Part shown: positions 40,877 through 50,561 of the stretch, piece by piece
Numbering within the stretch: the first letter of the stretch is position 1
Layout: each line of letters opens with the position of its first letter
Origin: Dethiobacter sp.
GTDB taxonomy: Bacteria > Bacillota > Dethiobacteria > DTU022 > UBA8154
NCBI GenBank assembly: GCA_003605065.1
Contig: QZJM01000063.1
Span: forward strand, 12,485 to 76,484
Direction: 5' to 3'
Length of the DNA: 64,000 bases
Program-made: the position numbers and the translations under genes
The notes under the pieces: model-generated
What the model saw: the letters and a program-made list of their open reading frames with translations, nothing else
Databases searched by the model: none
What the model was told of the DNA's origin: nothing

Positions 40877-41410
40877 ATGGAAGAAATTCAGCAAAGCGTT
40901 CGTAAAATACAGGCGGCCATTCTAACTGCCAGTGACCGTAGTGCCCGGGGTGAAAGGGAAGATCTCAGCGGAAAAGTGATCGAAGAGATAGCCTGGTCAA
41001 ATGGTTGGGAAATTGTATGTTATGGTGTTGTTCCCGATGATAAAGAAACTATTAAGGTGGAACTGATAAGGCTGGCGGATAATGTAAAGGCTGATCTTGT
41101 CCTTACCACAGGTGGGACGGGGCTGGCTCCCAGGGATTTTACTCCTGAAGCTACACTGGAAATCATAGAAAAAGAAGTTCCCGGGATAGCTGAAACAATG
41201 AGAATGGAGAGCCTTAAAAAAACCCCTCATGCCATGCTCTCCCGTGCCGTCTGCGGAGTGCGCGGAAAAACTCTGATCGTAAACCTGCCGGGAAGCCCCC
41301 GGGCAGTAAGGGAATGCCTGGAGGTTATCCTGCCGGTTATCCCCCATGCTCTTCAGTTAATGCAGGGAGAGGTATCTGACTGCGGAACAACACTCCGCAT
41401 AAATAAATAA
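40877..41410 (+). CDS. mog: molybdenum cofactor biosynthesis protein MogA/MoaB family
   Basis: LTTGGTGLAPRD motif. Start at MEEIQQ (40877) rather than the ORF-track start at 40787. Confidence 0.8.
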   Translation: MEEIQQSVRKIQAAILTASDRSARGEREDLSGKVIEEIAWSNGWEIVCYGVVPDDKETIKVELIRLADNVKADLVLTTGGTGLAPRDFTPEATLEIIEKEVPGIAETMRMESLKKTPHAMLSRAVCGVRGKTLIVNLPGSPRAVRECLEVILPVIPHALQLMQGEVSDCGTTLRINK

Positions 41411-41505
41411 GTTAAACCAGCAGGAAAGTATGGTAAAAATGAGGAATAAATATTAAGCTTGAGAATTTCCGAACTTGTTATTTTTAGAGAAAGAGGGTTA
41501 GGTTT

Positions 41506-42036
41506 TTGGAAAAGCGGAAAGGTCTTGTTCTTGTTTATACCGGAAACGGGAAGGGAAAGACAACGGCGGCACTGGGCCTGGCCCTGAGGGCTATGGGGCA
41601 TGGCTGTCGCGTGTTTATGGTCCAGTTCAAAAAGGGAAATCCCGGTTACGGGGAAATCCAGGCCATTTATAAGTACCTGCCGGACTTCAAAGTTGTACAG
41701 TCAGGAAAAAATAAAATGTCTCCCGACGGGGTTCTTGCTGATGATGAGAACGGTGTTGTTTTAGATGGATTTAACCAGGGGAAAGAGGCGCTATGCAGCG
41801 GGGAATATGATCTGGTAATCTTTGACGAGATAAATGTGGTCATGGATCACGGGCAGCTTGCCGTTCAGGAAGTGACTGAGATGCTTTCCAGGCGCCCTGA
41901 ACACGTTGATGTTGTTTTAACCGGGCGTAATGCCCCTGAAGAAATAATTAATCTTGCCGATCTCGTCAGCGAGGTGAAAGAGATTAAACATCATTTCAAG
42001 GCGGGTGTTAAGGCCAGGGCGGGTGTGGAGTTTTGA
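41506..42036 (+). CDS. cobO: cob(I)yrinic acid a,c-diamide adenosyltransferase (CobA/CobO/BtuR family)
   Basis: YTGNGKGKTTAALG P-loop typical of the family. 176 aa. Confidence 0.85.
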   Translation: MEKRKGLVLVYTGNGKGKTTAALGLALRAMGHGCRVFMVQFKKGNPGYGEIQAIYKYLPDFKVVQSGKNKMSPDGVLADDENGVVLDGFNQGKEALCSGEYDLVIFDEINVVMDHGQLAVQEVTEMLSRRPEHVDVVLTGRNAPEEIINLADLVSEVKEIKHHFKAGVKARAGVEF

Positions 42037-42053
42037 CCAGAGAACATTCTCAA

Positions 42054-42872
42054 ATGAAAAAAAGAAAAATATCGTCTTCCTCCACGAAAAAATCCGACAA
42101 GAGCATACTCGGTAACAGGATAAGATCTTTCCGCGTTGAACGGGGGCTTACCCTGAATCAGCTTGCCGGTATGGCCGGGCTTTCGGCATCGTATTTAAGC
42201 ACGATTGAACGGGGCCTCAAAAAACCGTCAATTCCTGTGCTGAAACAGATTAGCGAGGCGCTCAATGTTTCTCCTTCTTTGCTTATTAGAACAGAGGAGG
42301 AAGCTTTTACGGGAAGTAAAATGCGTTTTCTTCGCGAGGGTAGAGGACTATCTGTAGAGGAACTTGCTGAAATCAGTGACATTCCGGCCCCAATGATTTC
42401 CAAATTTGAATCCGGTGAGGCTCAACCCGACTACGAACAACTGGAGCGCCTCGCTGAGGCTTTGAATTTAACGGCAACATGTTTTGTAGAAAAAAGCTAC
42501 TATAAGACGAGTATTGGTGACCGCCTGAAACAGCTCAGGGAAGCCCAGGGAATGACGCTTTCATTTCTGGCTGAAAAAGCTGGTGTTTCTCCTGGCCTGA
42601 TCAGCCAGATCGAAGGCGGTTATACCATCCCTTCCCTGGATACTCTGGAACGGATCTCTGTAGTACTGGGAACTTCACTTAATTATTTCTTACTTGAACA
42701 CGAGGAGGTAGAGAATCTTCTGACTTCCCTTGGGCCTGATTTACTCGAACTCCTCAGTGATCACAATGTCCAGGCTGTGCTGCGCTCCATTCGTGATTTT
42801 AATTCCGCAGAACTTCGTTATGTTCTTAATTATTTGCAATTTTTTAAAAGAAACCGCAAAATACTTTCTTAA
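42054..42872 (+). CDS. XRE-family transcriptional regulator with three tandem HTH_XRE domains
   Basis: Three repeats of the ~60-aa cro/C1-type HTH (IRSFRVERGLTLNQLA.., MRFLREGRGLSVEELA.., LKQLREAQGMTLSFLA..). Confidence 0.75.
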   Translation: MKKRKISSSSTKKSDKSILGNRIRSFRVERGLTLNQLAGMAGLSASYLSTIERGLKKPSIPVLKQISEALNVSPSLLIRTEEEAFTGSKMRFLREGRGLSVEELAEISDIPAPMISKFESGEAQPDYEQLERLAEALNLTATCFVEKSYYKTSIGDRLKQLREAQGMTLSFLAEKAGVSPGLISQIEGGYTIPSLDTLERISVVLGTSLNYFLLEHEEVENLLTSLGPDLLELLSDHNVQAVLRSIRDFNSAELRYVLNYLQFFKRNRKILS

Positions 42873-42986
42873 GAGAAGTGAGCCTCTGAAAAGAAAATTT
42901 GCCCTGGTAAGAAGCAACCAAAAAGGTTAAAGCAAAGAAATCTTTTGTCGTATTTAATAAAAGAAAAATTCTTATAAAATTCATAC

Positions 42987-43015
42987 TTGACAAAATAAGA
43001 AGATTTTGCTATTAT
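42987..43015 (+). promoter_or_regulatory. consensus sigma-A promoter TTGACA-17-TATTAT
   Basis: TTGACA at 42987..42992, 17-nt spacer, TATTAT at 43010..43015. About 260 nt of AT-rich leader lie before the corrinoid protein gene. Confidence 0.5.
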
Positions 43016-43277
43016 GCTTATGTAACCCTGCCAATAAAAAAATTAATACAATTAAATTCCACTCTTTAATCCTGCGGAATTTTTTATTATGCCCCTTATT
43101 TAGTAGCAGTAAAAATAAATTTTTTTAATAAATAATTTAGTAAAAGACAAATTACATTATTTTAATTTTAATATTGTTTTAAGTTTTAGATTTAAATGAT
43201 AATTTAAAAAAGGTAAAAAAGTTAAAGGTTAAAAACTAGAGGTTTCGGGCAAGTAATAAATAAGGGAGGCAAAAAAA

Positions 43278-43958
43278 ATGTCTGAAGAAAAACAAAAAGA
43301 ACTATTTGAGAGGTTAAAGCAAGGGGTTATCAATTATGATGAGGAAGAAGTAGCCAGCGCAGCCAAAACGGTCTTAGAAGAAGGGATTGATGCTGTAAAG
43401 GCGGTCTTTGAAGGCCTGGTGCCGGGTATGGAGCATGTTGGAGAACTGTATGAACAGCAGGAATATTTTGTTCCTGAACTTTTAATGTGTGCCGATGCCA
43501 TGTATGCCGGTCTCGATATCTTAAGGCCCCATATGTCCAAAAAAGACCTTGGCATTACAGGAGTTGTTGTCATGGGTGTTGTCCAGGGGGATGTTCACGA
43601 TATCGGCAAAAATATCGTCAGGATGATGTTCGATGTAGCCGGTTTTGAAGTACATGACTTGGGACGCGATGTTCCCCTGGAGGTTTTCGTGGAAGAGCAG
43701 CTTCGTACCGATGCCGATCTGGTTTGTTTGTCAGCGATGATGACCACCACCATGGTAGGGATGAAAGATATTATTGCCCAGATTAAAGCCAAAAACCCTA
43801 ACGCCAGGATTATGATTGGCGGCGCTCCTGTAACAGAAGAAATCGCCGAGAAGTTTGGAGCTGATGGTTATGCTGAAGATGCCAGTAATGCTTTGAAAGA
43901 CGCTATTAAAATGTTGAGCACGCTTAAAAAAATTCAGGAAGAAGCAGAAACAGCTTAA
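43278..43958 (+). CDS. cobalamin-binding corrinoid protein (methyltransferase cognate corrinoid protein)
   Basis: DxHxxG motif (GDVHDIGKN) plus a B12-binding Rossmann domain. 226 aa. Confidence 0.9.
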   Translation: MSEEKQKELFERLKQGVINYDEEEVASAAKTVLEEGIDAVKAVFEGLVPGMEHVGELYEQQEYFVPELLMCADAMYAGLDILRPHMSKKDLGITGVVVMGVVQGDVHDIGKNIVRMMFDVAGFEVHDLGRDVPLEVFVEEQLRTDADLVCLSAMMTTTMVGMKDIIAQIKAKNPNARIMIGGAPVTEEIAEKFGADGYAEDASNALKDAIKMLSTLKKIQEEAETA

Positions 43959-43989
43959 AGCAGAAATTGTTTTTTAAGGAGGAAACACG

Positions 43990-45933
43990 ATGGGGCACAC
44001 CGTTATTTTTCAGCCTTCCGGCAGGCGTGGCATTGTTGAAGCCGGAAAGAATCTTCTCGAGGCGGCACGCGAGCTGGGGGTGGATATTGAATCTCCCTGT
44101 GGGGGGTCTAAAGTCTGCGGTAAGTGTAAAGTAAAAATCGAGGAAGGGTTTTTTGAGAAATTTGGTATCGAATCCAGAATGAGCAGTCTTTCGCCCACGA
44201 TGGAAGAGGAGAAAGACGAACTGGAGAAGCAGGAATTGGAGAACAACTACCGGTTAGCATGTTGTGCCGAAGTCCAGGGAAATATCCTGGTTTTTGTCCC
44301 TGAAGAGTCCCGGGGTGCGCAGCAGGTGATCCTGGAAACCGGAAGAGAGAGGGAGATCTCTGTAGATCCTGCTGTCCGAAACTTTTATATTGAAATGGTC
44401 CCTGCAACTCTTCATGATCAGACCGACGATTTTGTTCGTATCAAGAATGCCCTGGAGGAAAAGTATGGACTTAAAGACATCGAATATATTGACTATCCTG
44501 TGGTTGTAAATCTTCCCGAGACTATTCGTTCTGCTAACTGGAAGGTGACGGTCAGCATCTGGAAAGGATGTGAAATAATCAAGGTTTCCTCCGGGCTGGT
44601 GGAAAACCCCTGGGGAATTGCCATTGATGTGGGCAGTACCACAGTGGCGGCTTACCTCTGTAATCTAAGGACTGGTGAATCTCCCGTGAAAAAATCCATG
44701 ATGAATCCCCAGATTACCTATGGGGAAGATGTCCTTTCCCGTATAACCTATACGATGATGAATGAAGACGGGCTGGAGAAAATGAGCAGGGCGATTATTG
44801 GAGGTATTAATTCTCTTGTAAAGGGGATTACAGAGGAGGCAGGTTTAACCCCGGAAGACATAATTGATATGGTTCTTGTGGGCAATACGGCTATGCATCA
44901 TCTTCTCCTGGCTATTGATCCCAAATATGTCGGTCGTGCTCCTTTTGCACCGGCGCTAAAATGCGGTATTGATTTCAAGGCGCGCGATCTCGGCATAAAC
45001 ATTAATAAAAATTCGTATGTGCACTGGCTGCCCATTGAAGCAGGTTTTGTCGGTGCGGACAACGTTTCGGTGCTCATTGCCGAGGAACCATATAATCAGG
45101 ACAAGATGATGCTGGTTATAGATATCGGTACCAATGGAGAAATTGTTTTCGGCAACAGGGAAAAGCTTTTTTCAACATCCTGTGCAACAGGCCCTGCCCT
45201 GGAAGGAGCACAGATTGCCTTTGGTATGCGTGCCGCTCCTGGGGCTATTGAATGGGTAAAGATTGATCCGGAAACGAAAGAGCCACAATTTAAAGTTATC
45301 GGTCAAAATGACTGGTATAAAGAAGGTGACGAACCCCTGGCTAAGGGGATTTGTGGCTCCGGTATCATTGACGTTATTGCGGAAATGTTTAAGGCCGGGG
45401 TTATTGAAAAATCGGGCCGTATTAACCAAAAAATCGACAGCCCCAGAATTCGTAAAAAGGCCGACGGTAAAATGGAGTATGTGCTCTGTTATGCCCATCA
45501 AACTTCCATAGGAAAGGATATTACTGTTACACAGGGAGACGTCCGTGCTGTGCAGCTGGCCAAAGCAGCTCTCTATTGTGGTGCTGAGTATCTCATTGAA
45601 AAGCGCGGCATGGAAAAACCGGATCAAATTGTGCTTGCAGGTGCTTTTGGCAGCTATATTAATAAGGAAAGCGCCATGGTTATGGGCATGATTCCTGACT
45701 GTGATCTGGACAATGTCCAGGCGGTGGGGAATGCCGCCGGTGACGGAGCCAAGCTGGCTCTCTTGAGCATGCAAAAACGCCGGGAAGCTGAGACAGTAGC
45801 CAGGTTTGTGGAGTTTATTGAAACAGCTACAGAACCAGATTTCCAGCCCCGGTTTGCGGAAGCTATGGCTTTTCCCCACAGAAGCCACCTATTTCCCAGC
45901 ATCCAGCATATTCTTGATAAAATTCCCAAGTAA
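43990..45933 (+). CDS. corrinoid activation/regeneration protein (RACo/RACE-like: N-terminal 2Fe-2S ferredoxin plus ASKHA ATPase domain)
   Basis: CGG..CGKC plant-type 2Fe-2S motif at the N-terminus. 647 aa. Confidence 0.8.
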   Translation: MGHTVIFQPSGRRGIVEAGKNLLEAARELGVDIESPCGGSKVCGKCKVKIEEGFFEKFGIESRMSSLSPTMEEEKDELEKQELENNYRLACCAEVQGNILVFVPEESRGAQQVILETGREREISVDPAVRNFYIEMVPATLHDQTDDFVRIKNALEEKYGLKDIEYIDYPVVVNLPETIRSANWKVTVSIWKGCEIIKVSSGLVENPWGIAIDVGSTTVAAYLCNLRTGESPVKKSMMNPQITYGEDVLSRITYTMMNEDGLEKMSRAIIGGINSLVKGITEEAGLTPEDIIDMVLVGNTAMHHLLLAIDPKYVGRAPFAPALKCGIDFKARDLGININKNSYVHWLPIEAGFVGADNVSVLIAEEPYNQDKMMLVIDIGTNGEIVFGNREKLFSTSCATGPALEGAQIAFGMRAAPGAIEWVKIDPETKEPQFKVIGQNDWYKEGDEPLAKGICGSGIIDVIAEMFKAGVIEKSGRINQKIDSPRIRKKADGKMEYVLCYAHQTSIGKDITVTQGDVRAVQLAKAALYCGAEYLIEKRGMEKPDQIVLAGAFGSYINKESAMVMGMIPDCDLDNVQAVGNAAGDGAKLALLSMQKRREAETVARFVEFIETATEPDFQPRFAEAMAFPHRSHLFPSIQHILDKIPK

Positions 45934-45983
45934 TTGGATTTTTAGATTTCGGATTAAAAAGAAAACAAAGGTGGGTACGTAAG

Positions 45984-46928
45984 ATGTTTACCATAACAAA
46001 AGAACAAAAGGTTTGCCAGATTGGCCCTTGGACGATTGGCGGGCAGCCGGGCGATAATCCTCCGCTGTTGATTGCCTCCATGTTTCATAAAGGCGATCGC
46101 ATCCTGGAAAAGCGGAAGGAAGGAAAATTCGATCGCGTAAAGGCGGCTGACTACATCAAACGGCAGGAGGAGCTTTCTGAACAGACAGGGATCCCTGCTC
46201 TTACTGCCATGGTGGCCAATTCTGCCGATGAGATGAAGCGCTATATAGATTTTTACACCGGGTTGAGCAGTAAGCCCTTTGCCGTTGACATGTGGATGCA
46301 GGACCCTCGTGTTGAAGCTGTAAAATACGTCGCGGAGCTCGGCTTAACTGACCGGCTCCTTTATAACAGCATTACTCCCTGGGATAAGGATATTCCCGGA
46401 CAGGTGGCCATGCTTAAAGAGCTGGGTGTCAAGCATGTTGTTGTCCAGGTCTATGATGATAATGATCCTACTCCACAGGGAAGGGTTTCCAGTTTTCGCA
46501 GGATGATGGATATGATCGGTGAGGATAATTTTGAAACGATCCTGGTGGATACCTCCGTGATGAACCTGCCTGCTACTTCCTTTTCGTCTGTGGCAAACAG
46601 GTTAATTAAGGAAGAATTCGGGGTTCCGGTAGGCCTGGCTTCATCAAACGGCACTTTTATGTGGAAGGCGGCCCGCGAAATGTGGGGAGACGAAGGCTTT
46701 TCCTCCATGAACGTGGCGGGGCAGGCAGTGGCGACTATGTTCTGGTGTGATGCCATCTTTTACGGGCCGCAGGTTATAGCACCGCGTGTTTTCCCCGCGG
46801 TGGTAAGTGCAGCGTTAATGCTGGCCACATTTGTTTACCAGGAAACAAACAGTTTGCCATCCAATCCCAATCACCCCCTGTATAAATTTTTCGGAGACTT
46901 TGTGGAAAAGTTGAAGGCCGGTAAATAA
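45984..46928 (+). CDS. MtrH-family methyltransferase (methylcobamide:tetrahydrofolate/pterin methyltransferase, MT II type)
   Basis: 314 aa. Overall resemblance to tetrahydromethanopterin S-methyltransferase subunit H homologs used as MT II in bacterial O-demethylases. Confidence 0.7.
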   Translation: MFTITKEQKVCQIGPWTIGGQPGDNPPLLIASMFHKGDRILEKRKEGKFDRVKAADYIKRQEELSEQTGIPALTAMVANSADEMKRYIDFYTGLSSKPFAVDMWMQDPRVEAVKYVAELGLTDRLLYNSITPWDKDIPGQVAMLKELGVKHVVVQVYDDNDPTPQGRVSSFRRMMDMIGEDNFETILVDTSVMNLPATSFSSVANRLIKEEFGVPVGLASSNGTFMWKAAREMWGDEGFSSMNVAGQAVATMFWCDAIFYGPQVIAPRVFPAVVSAALMLATFVYQETNSLPSNPNHPLYKFFGDFVEKLKAGK

Positions 46929-47063
46929 AAAAAGGAAAGGTAAAAAATCAGTGGCTAAATTTGACAGACAACGGGTTCAGGAATTAACTAATGTATCTGG
47001 TTCCTAAAAGAATAGCAACGTAAATAGTGATAAATTAAAAAAATCAATAGGGTGGTGCGATAA

Positions 47064-48134
47064 ATGACTTTAACATCAAAAGAACGGGTATTAAACCAGC
47101 TACAGGGCAAGGAGATAGACCGGGTGCCCTGCTACAGCGGGATGGGCAATGTTACAGTAACGGGGTTGAAACAACTGGGCTACAGGTTCCCCCATGTGCA
47201 CAGCGACGCCGAAAAAATGGCCAAACTGGCGGCTACTTCATACAAGCTGTTTGGCTATGAGTGCGCTGTGGTTCCCTTTGATTTCTGCCTGGAGGCAGAA
47301 GCGCTGGGTTGTGTGATAAATCCTTACGAGGATGTAGAGCACCTTCTTTACCCTACCATCAAGGAGAAAGCTATACACAGCGAGGCGGAGATGGCCACTT
47401 TTCCCGTCCCGGAAGACTTAGAAAATGTTGGCCGGGTTCCTGTAGTAGTCGAGGCCATCCGGCGTTTGAAAGAGGATATCGGAGATAAAGTAGCTGTGGG
47501 CACATATTTCACTGCCCCCTTTACTTTGGCTGGTCAAATTTTTGATCTGGACCAGCTCTTTAAGCTATCCTTCAAAAAACAGGATCTTGTTGGCCAAATG
47601 CTCGACAGGCTCGCCGATGTCCTTATCGAACTGGGTAAAATTTATCGTGATGCCGGGGCCGATTATATTAACGTGCGTGAAATGGGGGCAACGACGGATA
47701 TCTTAAGTCCCCGCAGCTTTAAATCCTTGATTTTGCCTCCTCTCCAGAAAATTCATGCCGCGTTAAGTGCTTTAGGAATTCCCAATATCCTGCACATTTG
47801 TGGAGCGACTAATGCTATTGTTCCACTTATGATTGAAGCTGGTGCTGATGCTATTACCGTTGAGGTTAAAAACAATATGCTGAAAACAAGGGAAGATATT
47901 GGTTTTGAACCACTTGTTTTCGGCAATCTTGATGCTTATAAATTATTTGTCCATGACAGCGTGGAGGATGTGGAAAAAGCTGTTATAACTGCTCTGGAGC
48001 AGAGTGTCGACGCTATATGGCCCGGCTGCGATATCTGGCCTGAGGCCAAGCCGGAGAACTTTAAAGCTATGGTCGAGGCTACGGAAAAATATGGCGCGGA
48101 AAAATGGGTGCGCAAACAAAAGTCCGCATCGTAA
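47064..48134 (+). CDS. uroporphyrinogen decarboxylase (URO-D) family methyltransferase (MtaA/MtbA/OdmB-like MT I)
   Basis: 356 aa. URO-D fold signatures (ERVLNQLQGKEIDRVP..). Confidence 0.8.
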   Translation: MTLTSKERVLNQLQGKEIDRVPCYSGMGNVTVTGLKQLGYRFPHVHSDAEKMAKLAATSYKLFGYECAVVPFDFCLEAEALGCVINPYEDVEHLLYPTIKEKAIHSEAEMATFPVPEDLENVGRVPVVVEAIRRLKEDIGDKVAVGTYFTAPFTLAGQIFDLDQLFKLSFKKQDLVGQMLDRLADVLIELGKIYRDAGADYINVREMGATTDILSPRSFKSLILPPLQKIHAALSALGIPNILHICGATNAIVPLMIEAGADAITVEVKNNMLKTREDIGFEPLVFGNLDAYKLFVHDSVEDVEKAVITALEQSVDAIWPGCDIWPEAKPENFKAMVEATEKYGAEKWVRKQKSAS

Positions 48135-48163
48135 TGTCATAAATTATGGAGGAGGTAAATAAA

Positions 48164-49192
48164 ATGTCGGCAATGACTGCAAGGGAACGTTTTTTAAACA
48201 AGCTGGCAGGAAAGGAAACTGATCGTGTTCCTGTTTTTTGTGCTGATCAAACGGGAACTTATGAACAGATGGATAACTTACGGTCTTTTTGGCCGGAAGC
48301 CCATCAGAAGGCCAAAGAAATGGCCGGGCTGGCCCTGGGCGCCTTTACTGTTGCGGGCTTTGATGCTGTAAGAGTTCCGTTCTGCCAGACAATTGAGGCC
48401 GAGGCACTGGGAGCGGGCATAAAATATGCAGGAAAAGAGGGGATCCCCAGTGTTAACGTCCACCCCTACAAGCTGGGTGAGCCTGTCGGACCTCTTCCGG
48501 AGAATTTTTTAGAACGGGGCAGAATACCGGAATTAATTGAGGCGGTAAGGATCTTGAAACGTGAAGTGGGGGATCAGGCTGTTATTATTGGCGGCATCAT
48601 TGGGCCTTTCAGTATTGCCGCCAGCCTGATTGGTATTACCGATATTTTGAAGGCAGCTTTTAAGACCCCGGAAAAGGTTAAACCTTATCTGGACCTTGCC
48701 GGGGAAGCGGGAACAACTTTAGGAAAAGCCTTAATCGAAGCCGGAGCGGATTTGATCTGTGTTGAGGATATGATGGCCTCTATGGATATGATTAGCCCCA
48801 AAATTTACAGGGAACTGGTGGCTCCCTGGGAAACAAGGCAAAATGCCGCTTTATCCGTGCCCGTTATTCTTCACATTTGTGGAAAGACCGATATAATTAT
48901 TGACGATATGGCCAATACAGGAGCCAGTATACTCAGTGTCGAACCAAAAGTTGATGCACCTGCTGCTAAGGAAAAATTAAAAAAATACGACCGCTTTATT
49001 CCTCTAATCGGTGGTGTGGATGCCGTAACAACACTCTTTTCCGGCAGCGAGGAAGAAGTTGTACAGGAGACGATTAAAGCTATCAATCAGGGTTACGACA
49101 TGATTGCACCCGGTTGTTCCATCGCTCCTGGCTCCCCTGTCGTTAATTTACGGGCGATGATCAAAGGCGCTACCCTGGCAAAGGAACAGTAA
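48164..49192 (+). CDS. URO-D family methyltransferase, paralog
   Basis: ATG at 48164 after GGAGGAGG. ARERFLNKLAGKETDRVPVF parallels the upstream paralog. Confidence 0.8.
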   Translation: MSAMTARERFLNKLAGKETDRVPVFCADQTGTYEQMDNLRSFWPEAHQKAKEMAGLALGAFTVAGFDAVRVPFCQTIEAEALGAGIKYAGKEGIPSVNVHPYKLGEPVGPLPENFLERGRIPELIEAVRILKREVGDQAVIIGGIIGPFSIAASLIGITDILKAAFKTPEKVKPYLDLAGEAGTTLGKALIEAGADLICVEDMMASMDMISPKIYRELVAPWETRQNAALSVPVILHICGKTDIIIDDMANTGASILSVEPKVDAPAAKEKLKKYDRFIPLIGGVDAVTTLFSGSEEEVVQETIKAINQGYDMIAPGCSIAPGSPVVNLRAMIKGATLAKEQ

Positions 49193-49271
49193 AATAGGCC
49201 CGGTGTTAAAATAAATATCCGCAGTCTTTTCAGCGAAAAACATCACCTTTTTATTTAGTATAATTTCTGGC

Positions 49272-50009
49272 ATGGGAAAGAGCTGTGGAGAACGGGTGAT
49301 ATTTGTGAGAGTTAAAATTCCGTATCCATTTTTGGACTTTGAAAATTTGGATTTACAGATTAAAAAAATGGGTGCTGATCTGGTGGGATTTGGTGATGTG
49401 AGTTCCGGCCTTGCTCCTGAATTTTCTCATATTCCCAAAGCCATTGCCCTTGGCATTAAGTATCCGGTATTTGAGGTAGATATTAATAAACCAAATTGTT
49501 TTTTGGAACGGTGCTTTTCCATCGATAAGCGTTTGCAGGAGATTCAGAAAAAAGTTGCGGCAATTTTAAGAAATAACGGCTGGCGGGCGTTGCTAATCCC
49601 CCCGGACTCTCACCGGGAAATCTCCAGTTTTATTGCCAGGTTGTACCATTTATTTCCTCACAAAACAGCAGCTACTTGCTCCGGGCTTGGCTGGATCGGC
49701 AAAAACGGGCTGTTGATCAGTCAGGAATTCGGGCCGCGTTTGAGCTGGGCTACAGTTTTAACGGATGCACCCCTTTTGCTAACCCCTTATCCTATTACTA
49801 TCAGCCACTGCGGTAATTGCCGCTATTGTGTGGACGCCTGCCCGGCTGGAGCCATTCGTAACGTTCTCTGGGAGCGGAAGAACAGTTATGAACCTTTAAT
49901 TGATGTACAGCGCTGCTTTGCCCAGTTGCAAAAAAACCAGGAACTCTACGGGCATTTTTCCTGTGGGGTTTGCGTACTGGTTTGCCCGCAGGGTATATCA
50001 CAAAAGTAA
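49272..50009 (+). CDS. QueG-like (epoxyqueuosine reductase-like) 4Fe-4S protein
   Basis: GLGWIGKNGLLIS..FGPRLSWA and two Cys clusters (CGNCRYCVDACP; CGVCVLVCP) resemble the QueG C-terminal region. The ORF is shorter than canonical QueG. Confidence 0.55.
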   Translation: MGKSCGERVIFVRVKIPYPFLDFENLDLQIKKMGADLVGFGDVSSGLAPEFSHIPKAIALGIKYPVFEVDINKPNCFLERCFSIDKRLQEIQKKVAAILRNNGWRALLIPPDSHREISSFIARLYHLFPHKTAATCSGLGWIGKNGLLISQEFGPRLSWATVLTDAPLLLTPYPITISHCGNCRYCVDACPAGAIRNVLWERKNSYEPLIDVQRCFAQLQKNQELYGHFSCGVCVLVCPQGISQK

Positions 50010-50061
50010 GGCTTACTATCAAAAACAATCTGCTTTTTTTAACATTTAAAAATGTTTAGTC

Positions 50062-50090
50062 TTGACAAAATTAACTTTACTTTATATAAT
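50062..50090 (+). promoter_or_regulatory. consensus sigma-A promoter TTGACA-17-TATAAT upstream of the cobalamin riboswitch
   Basis: TTGACA at 50062..50067, 17-nt spacer, TATAAT at 50085..50090. Confidence 0.55.
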
Positions 50091-50179
50091 TAAAGACAAC
50101 ATAAACTTTACTGTTACTAAATATTTTAACACTTAGAGTTGTTAATAAATATGTTAAATATACTTGGTAATGATTCGGG

Positions 50180-50336
50180 TGCTTCTCTTTCACCTGGAGA
50201 AGATAATAGGGAACCAGGTGTAATTCCTGGGCGGTCGCGCCACTGTGAAGGGAGAGCTTATTTCAGAAAGGTCACTGGATAAAATCCGGGAAGGCAGAAA
50301 TAAGCTATGACCCCAAAGTCAGGAAACCTGCCCGTT
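50180..50336 (+). promoter_or_regulatory. cobalamin (B12) riboswitch
   Basis: AATAGGGAACCAGGTGTAATTCCTGG, B12 box GCCACTG (50239..50245), CCGGGAAGGCAG, and AGTCAGGAAACCTGCC all match conserved blocks of the cobalamin riboswitch. Confidence 0.85.
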
Positions 50337-50423
50337 TCATAGTACATAAAAAAACCTTCTTCGCGTTAAGGGAGGGGTAATTAACATATTAAAACTCGCG
50401 CGGATAAGGTGGTATTATTTAAA

Positions 50424-50561
50424 ATGGAGAATATGGTTAATAAAAAGACCAATTCTACTGCTATTGTTAACAATCTTTTGGGCAAAGAATGGTCTTTTGT
50501 TGTTCATAAGACCGGTGCAACACAATATTTTCTCATTACGCAGTTAATGCCTGTTTATTAA
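50424..50561 (+). CDS. small hypothetical ORF (45 aa) between the riboswitch and pylSn
   Basis: ATG after TAAGGTGGT. It is followed by an imperfect 10-bp hairpin plus T-run (50562..50600). Its coding status is uncertain. Confidence 0.2.
   Translation: MENMVNKKTNSTAIVNNLLGKEWSFVVHKTGATQYFLITQLMPVY

Noticed and set aside
50368-50376. AGGGAGGGG as an RBS for a gene immediately after the cobalamin riboswitch.
   Set aside because: No start codon lies within 5-13 nt downstream. It is more likely part of the expression-platform pairing.
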